Shown here in pieces: positions 9,572-18,964 of a stretch of 64,000 bases of DNA. The notes beneath the pieces are model-generated. The model worked only from the letters and a program-made list of their open reading frames with translations, ran no database searches and was not told where the DNA came from. How positions within the stretch are numbered: the stretch's first letter is position 1; each line of letters starts with the position of its first letter. The DNA lies in assembly GCA_965217775.1 (NCBI GenBank), contig CBDCJH010000002.1, positions 5,664,001-5,728,000 on the forward strand, in the 5' to 3' direction. The translations under genes were made by a program, and so were the position numbers. The DNA comes from Acidobacteriota bacterium (GTDB lineage Bacteria > Acidobacteriota > UBA6911 > RPQK01 > JAJDTT01).

Positions 9572-12500
9572 ATGTTGATTTTTCGACGGCGGTATTCGGG
9601 ACTGGTTCTGCTCTCCCTCGCCCTCTTGGCTGCGCCCGGCCTGGGTCAGAACCAGCCGGCGGGAACACTGGATTTCAAGCGGGACATCGAGCCCATCTTC
9701 AGCCAGCGATGCCACCATTGCCACGGGTCCGGCCAGGCGGCCGGCGGACTGCGGCTCGATCTCCGGGAATCGGCCCTCAAGGGCGGCTCCTCGGGTCCCG
9801 CGATCATCCCGGGCGACAGCTCGGCCAGCCGGCTGATCGACCTGGTCTCGGGGACCGGCGGCATGATCATGCCGCTTCAAGGCGAACCTCTTAGCGCCGA
9901 TCTGGTCGACCGGCTCCGCGCCTGGATCGATCAGGGAGCCCCCTGGCCGGCGGAGAATTCCGGCGGCGACACCGAACTTCAGGCGAAAGGGAAGGGCCAC
10001 TGGTCGTTTCAGGAAATCGGCGACCCGGCGGTCCCAAAGGCGGGAAACCCGGACTGGATCCGGAATCCCATCGACTCGTTCGTGCTGGAAACCCTGGAAA
10101 AACGGGAACTTCGGCCCTCCCCCCGGGCTTCGCGGGAGACGCTGGTCCGCAGATTGCACCTGGATCTGCTGGGTCTCCCTCCCACTCCCGCCGAGGTGGA
10201 GGCGTTCGTGAGCGATCCGTTTCCCAACGCCTATGAGCGTCTGGTCCGGCAGTTGCTCGCATCGCCTCATTTCGGAGAACGCTGGGCTCGTCACTGGTTG
10301 GACTTGGCCCGTTACGCCGACAGCGACGGATTCGAGAAGGATCGTCCCCGCCCCCACGCCTGGCGTTACCGGGAGTGGGTTATCCAGGCCATCAATCGGG
10401 ACCTCCCCTATGATCGATTCGTCATCGAGCAGATGTCCGGGGATCTACTGCCGGATGCCGGCACGGAACAGCGCGTGGCGACCGGATTTCACCGCAACAC
10501 CCTCACCAACCGCGAGGGCGGAGTCGACAAGGAGCAGTTCCGGATCGAACAGATCGTGGATCGGACCAACACTACGGCCTCCGTCTTTCTCGGTCTGACC
10601 ATGGCCTGTGCCCAGTGCCACGATCACAAGTACGATCCGCTCTCTCAACAGGAGTATTACGAGCTCTTCGCCTTTCTCAACGAGGCCGAGGAAAAGAACA
10701 TCCCGGCGACCCTGGAACCGGAGCTGGCGGCCTATCGGCGAGCCAAGCAGGAATGGGATCTGAGGCAGGAAATGCTGGTCGGGAAGATGGAGGCCGAGAG
10801 GAAGCCTCTGGTGGAGGAACTGGGCCCGAAGCTGGCCGCTTGGGAAGCCCGCAACCCGTATCCTCTGCTGGGCCAGTGGCAGGTGCTCGATCCCGTCAGC
10901 TCCACCACTACCGACTCCAAGGAGACCGAACTGGTCAAGCAGGAGGACGGCAGCCTGTTGGCCCGGGGCGCCAATCCCGCCCACAACAACTACAAGGTCG
11001 AGGTCAGGAGCTCGCTGGCCGGGATCACCGCGTTTCGAATTGAGGTTCTCAAGGACCCGACGCTCCCGAATTCGGGTCCTGGCCGAGCCGCTCAAGGGGA
11101 ATTCGCACTCTCGGAAGTGCGCATCGAAGTTTCGACCGGTGAAGCCGGCAAGGAGCCTCGGAAACTGGAGATCGATTCGGCGGTGGCCTTGCAGGAACTG
11201 GACGGGTTCGAGGTCTCTCGAGCCGTCGACGGGGAAGAGGTGACGGGCTGGTCTCCGGGTGGACTCGACGGACCCAACCACAATCGTCAGATCGTCGTGA
11301 TCCTCAAGGAGGACGCCGGCTCGTCTGCCGGCACCACTTTCAATTTCACGTTGGAACAGCGCCTCGGCGACCACCGGACCATGGGACGGTTCCGGCTCTC
11401 GGCGACGACAGCTCCGAGGCCGACGCTGCAGTCCCTGGTCCCCATCGACGTGGAGCGGGTGCTGGCCCTGGAACCTCAGGATCGGTCCGATAATCAGAAG
11501 GCTTTGTTGCTCGACTACGCCGTCGACCAGCAGCCTCGGATGCGGGAATGGCACGCCGCTCTGGAAGGGCATCACAAGGCGATGCCGCAGGTCCCCGAAA
11601 CGCTGGCCCAGACCATCGCTCAGAACCCCGAGCCACCCAAGACCCACATCCATGGCCGGGGCGATTTCCTGCGCAAGGGCCGGCAGGTGATGCCGGGAAC
11701 CCCAGGCGTTCTGCCTCCCTTGCGTTGGCGGGAAGAACGGCCGGACCGGCTCGATCTGGCCCGGTGGATCGTGGATCCCTCTCATCCGCTCACGGCCCGC
11801 GTGGAAGTCAATCGAATCTGGGAGAAGCTTTTCGGAAGAGGGCTGGTGGCGACCAGTGACGACTTCGGGACGCGCGGCGAGAAGCCCTCCCATCCCGAAC
11901 TGCTGGACTGGCTCTCCCGCGAGTTCGTGAATCTGGGCTGGAGCCGCAAGGATCTGATCGAAACGATCGTCCTTTCATCCACCTATCAGCAGTCCTCGCA
12001 GGTGGACCCGGAGCGTCTCAAGACCGATCCGAACAACGTCTGGCTGACCCGGCAGAATCGGTTCCGCGTGGAGTCGGAAGTCACCCGGGACCTCTTCCTG
12101 GCCGTGGGAGGGCTGTTGGAACGCCGGGTGGGGGGGCGGAGCATTCGTCCGCCGCTGCCGAAAGACGTGGCCAAGGTGGGCTACAGCTCGGGCGTTAAAT
12201 GGCCCGAGAGTCCGGGGACCGACAAGTACCGCCGCGGGCTCTACATCCACTTTCAGCGCACCGTTCCCTATCCCATGCTCATGACCTTCGACAGCCCGGA
12301 CTCCAACACCGCCTGTCTCCGGAGAACCCGGTCCAACACGCCGCTGCAGGCGCTGACGTTGCTCAACGACGACGTCTTCGTCGAATGCGCCCGGTCGTTC
12401 GCCCAGAAGGTCACCTCCGAGGTGAAGTCCACGGACGAGGATCGGCTTCGCTACGCGTTTCGGAGGGCGCTGGCGAGAGAACCGGACCCGGTCGAGATGA

Positions 12501-12676
12501 GCGTGTTGACAAAGCTGTTGGACGATCAGGAACAGGTATTCGCGGCAGGGGAGGGGTCGGCGCCCAAGGTTGCCGGTCCGGGCTTTCCGGGCGAGCTGTC
12601 CCCGGAAGAGGCCGCCGCCTGGACGACGGTGGCGCGCACCATCCTGAACTTGGACGAATTTGTCACTCGGGAGTAG
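9572..12676 (+). CDS. PSD1 and planctomycete cytochrome c domain protein (PSCyt1 + DUF1549 + DUF1553)
   Basis: Signal peptide; CHHCH heme motif; WIDQGA; HWSF; [18 protein letters not shown]; [11 protein letters not shown]; [12 protein letters not shown]; [10 protein letters not shown] end. Confidence 0.93.
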   Translation: MLIFRRRYSGLVLLSLALLAAPGLGQNQPAGTLDFKRDIEPIFSQRCHHCHGSGQAAGGLRLDLRESALKGGSSGPAIIPGDSSASRLIDLVSGTGGMIMPLQGEPLSADLVDRLRAWIDQGAPWPAENSGGDTELQAKGKGHWSFQEIGDPAVPKAGNPDWIRNPIDSFVLETLEKRELRPSPRASRETLVRRLHLDLLGLPPTPAEVEAFVSDPFPNAYERLVRQLLASPHFGERWARHWLDLARYADSDGFEKDRPRPHAWRYREWVIQAINRDLPYDRFVIEQMSGDLLPDAGTEQRVATGFHRNTLTNREGGVDKEQFRIEQIVDRTNTTASVFLGLTMACAQCHDHKYDPLSQQEYYELFAFLNEAEEKNIPATLEPELAAYRRAKQEWDLRQEMLVGKMEAERKPLVEELGPKLAAWEARNPYPLLGQWQVLDPVSSTTTDSKETELVKQEDGSLLARGANPAHNNYKVEVRSSLAGITAFRIEVLKDPTLPNSGPGRAAQGEFALSEVRIEVSTGEAGKEPRKLEIDSAVALQELDGFEVSRAVDGEEVTGWSPGGLDGPNHNRQIVVILKEDAGSSAGTTFNFTLEQRLGDHRTMGRFRLSATTAPRPTLQSLVPIDVERVLALEPQDRSDNQKALLLDYAVDQQPRMREWHAALEGHHKAMPQVPETLAQTIAQNPEPPKTHIHGRGDFLRKGRQVMPGTPGVLPPLRWREERPDRLDLARWIVDPSHPLTARVEVNRIWEKLFGRGLVATSDDFGTRGEKPSHPELLDWLSREFVNLGWSRKDLIETIVLSSTYQQSSQVDPERLKTDPNNVWLTRQNRFRVESEVTRDLFLAVGGLLERRVGGRSIRPPLPKDVAKVGYSSGVKWPESPGTDKYRRGLYIHFQRTVPYPMLMTFDSPDSNTACLRRTRSNTPLQALTLLNDDVFVECARSFAQKVTSEVKSTDEDRLRYAFRRALAREPDPVEMSVLTKLLDDQEQVFAAGEGSAPKVAGPGFPGELSPEEAAAWTTVARTILNLDEFVTRE

Positions 12677-12679
12677 GAC

Positions 12680-14164
12680 ATGAGCTCTTGGAACGAAAAA
12701 ATTCTTGAATCGCGTCGAGATTTCCTGACCAGCAGCGCCAGCGGTCTGGGCGGTATCGCCCTGACGGCGATGCTGGCCGAGCAGGGACTCCTGGGGCAGG
12801 CCAATGCCGCCGGGGCCGTCCGGAAGCGGATGAAGTCCACCCATTTCCCAGCCCAGGCCAAGAGCTGCATTTTCCTCTTCATGGCCGGCGCTCCCAGCCA
12901 GATCGACCTCTTCGATCCGAAGCCGAAACTGACGGAGCTGAACGGCCAGCCCATGCCCGAGTCCATGCTGGAGAAGGTCCGGTTCGCCTTCATCAAGAAG
13001 GAGTCGGCCGTGCTGATGGGCAGCAATGCCGGGTTTCGCAAGCATGGCGAATCGGGCACCCGGATCTCCGACTATCTTCCCAACATCGGTGGCTGCGCCG
13101 ACGACATCGCCTTGATCCGGTCCATGCATACCGAGGCCTTCAACCATCACCCGGGGCAGTTGATGATGAATTCAGGGGTGCCCACGTTCGGGCGTCCGTC
13201 AATGGGGTCCTGGCTCAACTACGGCCTGGGCAGCGAGTCGGAGGACCTTCCCGGTTACGTCGTCCTGACCGCCGGTAAGGGCACCAGCGGGGGAGCGTCC
13301 AACTGGTCCAGCGGCTTCCTGCCCTCAAGTTACGAGGGCGTGCTTTTCCGCAACCAGGGCGACCCGGTGCTGCACCTGTCCAATCCCGAGGGTCTGCCGC
13401 ACGAGTGCCAGCGCCGGAGCCTGGACGCCTTGAAGCAGCTCAACCAGCAGCACTACAAGCAGTCCCGCGATCCCGAAATCCTGTCTCGCATCGCCTCCTA
13501 CGAATTGGCCTACCGAATGCAGGCCGCGACGCCGGAACTCATCGACCTCTCCCAGGAAAGCGAGAAGACCTTGGAGATGTATGGAGTCAACCGGAACGAT
13601 CCCGACGGCAGCCACGGACGCGGCTTCACCAGCGGGGTGTTCGGCACCTACGCCCGCAACTGCCTGTTGGCGCGCCGCCTGGTGGAACGGGGCGTACGAT
13701 TCGTCAATGTCTATCACGCGTCATGGGATCATCACAGCGGACTGGACAAACAATTGCCCGTCAACTGCCGGATCGTCGACCAGCCGGTCGCCGCGCTCAT
13801 CCAGGACTTGAAGCAACGGGGCATGCTGGACGAAACGCTCGTCGTCTGGGCGGCGGAATTCGGCCGGACCCCATTGGCGGAGAACAATGGAGGAGAAGAC
13901 GAAATCAACACCGGCCGGGATCACCACCCCTTCGCCTACAGCGTCTTCATGGCCGGCGGGGGCATCCAGGGAGGGCAGGTCATCGGCAGGACGGACGACA
14001 TCGGCTGGGGAGTGGAGGAGGAGCCCGTCTCCATCAACGACTTCCATGCCACGATCCTCCATCTCTTCGGCATCGACCACCTGCGGCTGACCCATCGTTT
14101 TCAGGGACGGGACTTCCGGTTGACCGACGTGGGCGGCGAGGTGGTGACCAAACTGTTGGCGTAA
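12680..14164 (+). CDS. DUF1501 family (sulfatase-like) protein
   Basis: SRRDFL Tat-like motif; FLFMAGAPSQIDLFDPKP; CLLARRLVERGVRFV; WDHH; EFGRTP; GRDHHP; RLTDVGG. Confidence 0.93.
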   Translation: MSSWNEKILESRRDFLTSSASGLGGIALTAMLAEQGLLGQANAAGAVRKRMKSTHFPAQAKSCIFLFMAGAPSQIDLFDPKPKLTELNGQPMPESMLEKVRFAFIKKESAVLMGSNAGFRKHGESGTRISDYLPNIGGCADDIALIRSMHTEAFNHHPGQLMMNSGVPTFGRPSMGSWLNYGLGSESEDLPGYVVLTAGKGTSGGASNWSSGFLPSSYEGVLFRNQGDPVLHLSNPEGLPHECQRRSLDALKQLNQQHYKQSRDPEILSRIASYELAYRMQAATPELIDLSQESEKTLEMYGVNRNDPDGSHGRGFTSGVFGTYARNCLLARRLVERGVRFVNVYHASWDHHSGLDKQLPVNCRIVDQPVAALIQDLKQRGMLDETLVVWAAEFGRTPLAENNGGEDEINTGRDHHPFAYSVFMAGGGIQGGQVIGRTDDIGWGVEEEPVSINDFHATILHLFGIDHLRLTHRFQGRDFRLTDVGGEVVTKLLA

Positions 14165-14185
14165 GGGCGCCCCTTGTGGGTGCCC
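14161..14185 (+). repeat. REP-like palindrome
   Basis: GTAAGGGCGCCCCTTGTGGGTGCCC at the DUF1501 stop; same family as 35717-35740 and the IS481 target. Confidence 0.65.
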
Positions 14186-14255
14186 TCTTGGGCCGTCTCA
14201 GGAGCGGCGTCCTTCCCATGGCCGGAGGTCCCGAAATCATGTAGATTTGGACATC

Positions 14256-15248
14256 ATGTTGAATCACCCGCGATTGCTTTTCTCCGCTCTTTTGTTGGTC
14301 ATTACGGTGGCTGCCACGCCAGCCAACCCGTTCTCGCCTCAGGACAAGAAACAGTCTGAGGGTGACCAGGCAGGGCAGTTGGTAGAAGACCAGATGCTGG
14401 ACGAAGCCCGCACCGTGGGCAAGCCCCGGTCTCGAGCGGAATTCAGTGCGTGGCAGGAGATCAGTGAGGCGACTGATGTTCGCAAGCAGGCCCGGCTGGC
14501 GGAGAGATTCCTGAAGAAATTTCCCGATAGCGGACTGACTGCGTGGGCCCACCTTGCGATTGCCAACGCGGCTTTTTCGCGCAACGATATCGATCGTTTC
14601 ATTCGGCACGGAGAAGACGCTCTGCTCGAGCTTCCCGACACCCCCGAGCTGCTGGCGCCGTTGGCCAATATCTACTCCGAAAGCAAGAGGACCGACCGGG
14701 CGACCGACTACGCCACCCGAGCCCTCCAACTGTTGGACCAGATGGAGAAACCGATGGGCCAGGCCACGGTCGATTGGATTGCCATGAAGCAGGGGTGGGC
14801 GGGGGACGCACACTATGCATTGGGTCGATCCATCCTGGAAGTGTGGACCAAGTCTCCCAACAAACCGGTCAAGGATCTTGAAGTAGCGGTGGAACACCTG
14901 AAGCAGACTCTGAAGATGAATCCGGGACACGGTTATGCCGCGTTCCGTCTCGGATTTGCCGCGTCCCGGACCCACGACTACGATACCGCCCTGTTGGCCT
15001 ATGCTCGCGCGGCGGTGGTGGAGGGGCCGGCCGCGGAATCGGCCAAGGGGCATGTGAGGAGGCTCCACGACGGTCTGCGAAACGTTCCCAATTCCCGATG
15101 GGCCTCGACCAACGCCAGCAATATCATCCGGGACGATAGAGAGCGGCTCGCGGCGGAGATGGACGCGAAGGAGCAGGAGTACTCGCGCCTGGCCGCGGAG
15201 TACGACAGTGCCGCGCCTGAAATCGCCGCCCCGCCGTCTCTGCAGTGA
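14256..15248 (+). CDS. Secreted TPR-like alpha-helical protein
   Basis: Signal peptide; TPR-like helices (AHYALGR, LKMNPGHGYAAFRLG). Confidence 0.7.
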   Translation: MLNHPRLLFSALLLVITVAATPANPFSPQDKKQSEGDQAGQLVEDQMLDEARTVGKPRSRAEFSAWQEISEATDVRKQARLAERFLKKFPDSGLTAWAHLAIANAAFSRNDIDRFIRHGEDALLELPDTPELLAPLANIYSESKRTDRATDYATRALQLLDQMEKPMGQATVDWIAMKQGWAGDAHYALGRSILEVWTKSPNKPVKDLEVAVEHLKQTLKMNPGHGYAAFRLGFAASRTHDYDTALLAYARAAVVEGPAAESAKGHVRRLHDGLRNVPNSRWASTNASNIIRDDRERLAAEMDAKEQEYSRLAAEYDSAAPEIAAPPSLQ

Positions 15249-15288
15249 CTCGCCGCAAGCAGTTTTCTTTCCTGCAGGACCGATCGAC

Positions 15289-16029
15289 ATGAAACTGACG
15301 GAAGACGTCTATCTGGTGGGCGGCGGCGACACCGGTTTCAACATTTCCAATCGCATGGACTGCCACGTGTTCGTGATTGGAGGGGAAGACGAACTGGCCC
15401 TGGTGGACGCCGGATTCGACGGGCCCGGGAAGATCCTGAGCAACATTGAGAACGATGGTCTGGATCCGGGGAAGATCCGCCGGATCTTCGTCACCCACTA
15501 TCATGCCGATCATGTGGGGGCCCTGGCCCAGTTGAAGCGCGAATTGGGCGCCACCGTCATCGCCGGAAAGGAAGCGGCGCCGACGATCCGAAACGGGGAC
15601 GCGGAGCAGACCGGTCTGGCCTGGGCTCAAGAGTTCGGCTTTTATCCGCCGGAGTTCCGCTGGGAGGCTTGCGAAGTCGAGGAGGAAATGGAGGACGGGG
15701 ACAGGTTCGAGGTTGGAGGTCTGGAACTCACGTCCATCGCCACCCCGGGTCATTGCAGCGGCCACTATTCCCTCCTCTTGAAGGGCCGGGACCGAACCTG
15801 TCTTCTGGCCGGGGACCAGGTGTTCTGGGGCGGTGCGGTGGTCCTCCAGAACGTCCGTGATTCGAGCATTCAGGATTGTGCGGCCTCCATGCAGAAGCTG
15901 CTGAACTACGACTTTGACGCTCTGCTTCCGTCTCACCTGGCCTTCTCGCTGGAGCGCGGAAAGCGCCACGTCGAGGCGGGAGCCAAGGCGTTCGAACAGA
16001 CCGGTCTTCCCAGAAATCTGTTCGGTTGA
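15289..16029 (+). CDS. MBL-fold metallo-hydrolase
   Basis: LVDAG, THYHADH (HxHxDH), TPGHCSGH, GD, LLPSH. Confidence 0.9.
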   Translation: MKLTEDVYLVGGGDTGFNISNRMDCHVFVIGGEDELALVDAGFDGPGKILSNIENDGLDPGKIRRIFVTHYHADHVGALAQLKRELGATVIAGKEAAPTIRNGDAEQTGLAWAQEFGFYPPEFRWEACEVEEEMEDGDRFEVGGLELTSIATPGHCSGHYSLLLKGRDRTCLLAGDQVFWGGAVVLQNVRDSSIQDCAASMQKLLNYDFDALLPSHLAFSLERGKRHVEAGAKAFEQTGLPRNLFG

Positions 16030-16568
16030 TTCAAATGGTCTGGTGCCTTCCCATTCTGATGCTGGCCGCGTTGGCCACCTCCGAAGGCGCAGGGCAGAAG
16101 TTGTCCGCCAAGGGCTTCTTTTTGGAAGTCCCCTATGTCAGACAAGCGGAGAACTATTGTGGTCCCGCAGTGCTCGCCATGCTCCTGCGCTACTGGAATC
16201 ATCCGGCCGATCACCGGGAACTGGCGGGACGTTTCCGGCCCTTTCCGAAAAAGGGCCTGAGCGGTCTCGAACTGAAGAAGCTGGCGGCCGGGGAGGGATT
16301 CCAGGCCTACTCGTTTGCCGGCGACACGCCCGAAATGCTCGAGCACCTGCGGCAGGGACGGCCTCTGATCACCGTGATCGCCCCCTCCGTCCTGACGGCC
16401 AACAATCACTACGTGGTGCTGGTCGGGTGGGACGAATCCCGCCGGGAATGGATCGTGCATGATCCGGTGAAGGGACCCTATCAGCGGCGGCCGGCGGGGG
16501 AGTTGGCGCGGCAGCGGTCGCGGCTGGAAAACTGGACGCTTCTGGTCATCCCCGAAATTCCATCCTGA
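16026..16568 (+). CDS. Secreted stand-alone C39-like cysteine peptidase (PA2778-like)
   Basis: Signal peptide; VPYVRQAENYCGPAVLAM (Q, C); HYVVLVGWD (H); IVHDP (D); start at 16026 or 16035. Confidence 0.85.
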   Translation: MIQMVWCLPILMLAALATSEGAGQKLSAKGFFLEVPYVRQAENYCGPAVLAMLLRYWNHPADHRELAGRFRPFPKKGLSGLELKKLAAGEGFQAYSFAGDTPEMLEHLRQGRPLITVIAPSVLTANNHYVVLVGWDESRREWIVHDPVKGPYQRRPAGELARQRSRLENWTLLVIPEIPS

Positions 16569-16617
16569 GCCGGCTCCGGCAACAACCGCAATTGAGACTG
16601 ACTACAATGTCCGGCGT

Positions 16618-18348
16618 ATGTTCGGGCACGTCCGGCCGGCGCCGATTTCCGTCCGCGTCTCCCTGGCGGTATTGCTGAGCCTGCTCCTCGCTCCGCCCGC
16701 CTTGGCCGCCGGCACGGGTGAGCTTCTGGCCCGGGGCCGAACGGAACTGGAGGCGGAACGATACCAGGCCGCCGAGTCGCTCTTTCGGGAGGTTCTGGAG
16801 CAGGAGGCGTCCAACGGCGAGGCCTCCTTTCTACTCGGTCTGGCTTTGGCCAAGCAGGAGCGTTGGGCCGACGCCGAAAGGGAGCTGGAGCGTGCCATCC
16901 GGCTGAAGCCCGGCTACGCGGCGGCTCATGCGGAGCTGGCCGGCGTCTATTTCAAGCAGGACAGAAGGGATCAGGCCCGAGTCAGCCTGCGAACGGCGCT
17001 GAAGCTGGATCCTCAGAACAGCTATGCGCGGAGCTTTCTGGCCATCCTCTCCTATCTCCAGGACAGGCGGTTGGAGGCCCTTCACCACTGGAATCTGTTG
17101 GGCGAGCCGCACGTCGCTCAGATCGAAGTCGCGACTTCGGAAGACGCGGAGCCGAAGCTGGTGGAATCCCTCTTCCGATTAAACGAAGGCGAGGTTCTGG
17201 ACCGGAAACAGCTCCTGCAGTCGTATTGGGTGCAACACCGGTTCCGGCTGGGGCCGAGGTTCGGTTGGCAACTCGACCCGCAGCCGGGGGGACGATGGAA
17301 TCTGCGGGTCGACCTTCCTCCAGGTAGCGACTCTTTCTCCAACAAGACCGGGTCTCTGATCGAGAATTCCTCCCGAGCCGTCTTCAATCGGGAGATCGGT
17401 CTCGGGTTGCGGGACGGCCGAGGGCGGCGATTGGCGGGAGGGGTTCGGTGGGACGCTCCCCGGAAGCGGGCCGGGGCGTCCGCGTGGTTCCCCTTCTTTT
17501 CGTCCTCATCCGACCTTTTGCGTGTCGGCTTCGATCTCCGGGACGAGGATTGGAGCCATACCGCCTCGGGCACCGAATATGCTTATCGGACGGAAAAGGT
17601 CTTCGGCGCCTACGAATGGTTGATGTCCGACCGCAGGTCCCTTTCCTTCCATGGCGGGTACCAGCGCCAGTCTTTTCGATTCGACGGGGACACGACCGCT
17701 CTTCCACAGAGTCCTCACCTCTTGGCCGTGGGACTGGAATGGAATCAACTGTGGGGTCTGGACGCCGGGGAAAACGCGCGGTTGAGTTGGATGGCCCGGT
17801 TCGACGCCTTTTCGCCTCTCGCCGAAGCCGGAGAACCTTCCCACAGGATGATGTCGGGTCTGGGTATCGATTGGATGATGGCCAAGCGATCGGAGACGCG
17901 GCTGAGATTGTCGCTTCAGGGTGGAGTCTCGGGCCGGAACCTGCCGCTGGATCACTATTTCCTGTTCGGGATCGGGCCCGATGCCCGGCTGCCCCTCAAG
18001 GCCCATCCCGAACTGCGGGACGGCCGGAGAGGGAATAGTCCCATGGGGCGTGATTTCGTCCTCCTGAGTGCGGAACTGGGGCGGAGGCTCTGGCGGTGGA
18101 GGTTCCTCGAAGTGGGAGGATTCGTCTTCAGCGATACGGCGTTCGTCTCGGGCAGGCCGTTTCTTTCGGCAACGGGGGATTGGTTTCAGGACGTTGGAGT
18201 GGGGTTGCGTTTCAAGGTGTTGGGTCAGGAATTCCTGAATGTTTTCCTGGGGCTGGATGCTCGGAGCCGGACCTTTCATCACTGGGCCGGGCTTCCCAGC
18301 AGCCAGTTCGGCGGCGTTGGAACGGCGGCTGGGAGCGGTGGCTTGTAG
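16618..18348 (+). CDS. TPR + POTRA-like + Omp85/BamA-like beta-barrel outer-membrane protein
   Basis: Signal peptide; about 4 TPRs; LFRLNEGEVLDRKQL POTRA-like segment; amphipathic beta strands; FVFSDTAFV and DVGVGLRF resemble the Omp85 C-terminal region. Confidence 0.65.
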   Translation: MFGHVRPAPISVRVSLAVLLSLLLAPPALAAGTGELLARGRTELEAERYQAAESLFREVLEQEASNGEASFLLGLALAKQERWADAERELERAIRLKPGYAAAHAELAGVYFKQDRRDQARVSLRTALKLDPQNSYARSFLAILSYLQDRRLEALHHWNLLGEPHVAQIEVATSEDAEPKLVESLFRLNEGEVLDRKQLLQSYWVQHRFRLGPRFGWQLDPQPGGRWNLRVDLPPGSDSFSNKTGSLIENSSRAVFNREIGLGLRDGRGRRLAGGVRWDAPRKRAGASAWFPFFSSSSDLLRVGFDLRDEDWSHTASGTEYAYRTEKVFGAYEWLMSDRRSLSFHGGYQRQSFRFDGDTTALPQSPHLLAVGLEWNQLWGLDAGENARLSWMARFDAFSPLAEAGEPSHRMMSGLGIDWMMAKRSETRLRLSLQGGVSGRNLPLDHYFLFGIGPDARLPLKAHPELRDGRRGNSPMGRDFVLLSAELGRRLWRWRFLEVGGFVFSDTAFVSGRPFLSATGDWFQDVGVGLRFKVLGQEFLNVFLGLDARSRTFHHWAGLPSSQFGGVGTAAGSGGL

Positions 18349-18427
18349 CCGCCGAACTCCGGAGGAACGGTGGGGGTAGGAAGGAACGGGTGAAAGAAAG
18401 AATGGGGGACAAGACTGCCCCCCATTC
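18332..18427 (+). repeat. REP-like element plus GGGGGACA hairpin (unit boundary 1)
   Basis: GGAGCGGTGGCTTGTAGCCGCCG...GAATGGGGGACAAGACTGCCCCCCATTC; related copies at 22905, 27679 and 35767. Confidence 0.7.
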
Positions 18428-18467
18428 CGAGCGGAAAGCAAATGGTGCGTCTACCCGCGGGAAAGCG

Positions 18468-18884
18468 TCAGGGCTCGCCCCGATCGTACGTATGTACCAG
18501 GACGACCACGACGAAGACGATGAGGCCCGTGATGACCACCCAGCTCATAAAGGACAGACCCAGCAGGCCGGCCTGGAACTGCTCGTTCATCTGCTCGCTT
18601 TCCCAGGCCAGCCGGGCCAGCGTCTCGTCGTCCAGCGTGGGTACCGCGACCGCGATCTGCTCCAGGTCGAAAAGGTGTCCCAGACGATCCTGAACCGCCG
18701 GGTGACGAAGCAGGGTCTGAACTTCACGAATATTGTCGGCGCGTGCGGCCGTCCGTTCCGAGATCCGGCCCTTCAGCTCCTCGATCGATACCAGGTGGAC
18801 CGCCTTCTGAGCCGGGATGGGACCGGCCTGCAGGCTCGTCGAGAAGACCAGGAGGACCGTAAGGAACAAAGAGATGGCTTTCAT
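18468..18884 (-). CDS. PA2779-like small secreted protein with hydrophobic C-terminal helix, copy A
   Basis: Signal peptide ending LQA; VQTLLRHPAVQDRL...VPTLDDETLARLA...QAG, then a long hydrophobic tail. Confidence 0.75.
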   Translation of the reverse strand: MKAISLFLTVLLVFSTSLQAGPIPAQKAVHLVSIEELKGRISERTAARADNIREVQTLLRHPAVQDRLGHLFDLEQIAVAVPTLDDETLARLAWESEQMNEQFQAGLLGLSFMSWVVITGLIVFVVVVLVHTYDRGEP

Positions 18885-18964
18885 TGTTTATGACCTTTGC
18901 ATCTGAATGGTGACAACCCTGTTTCCATGGACCCGTCCACGGCGCAGCCCGCCGCCGGCGATCC

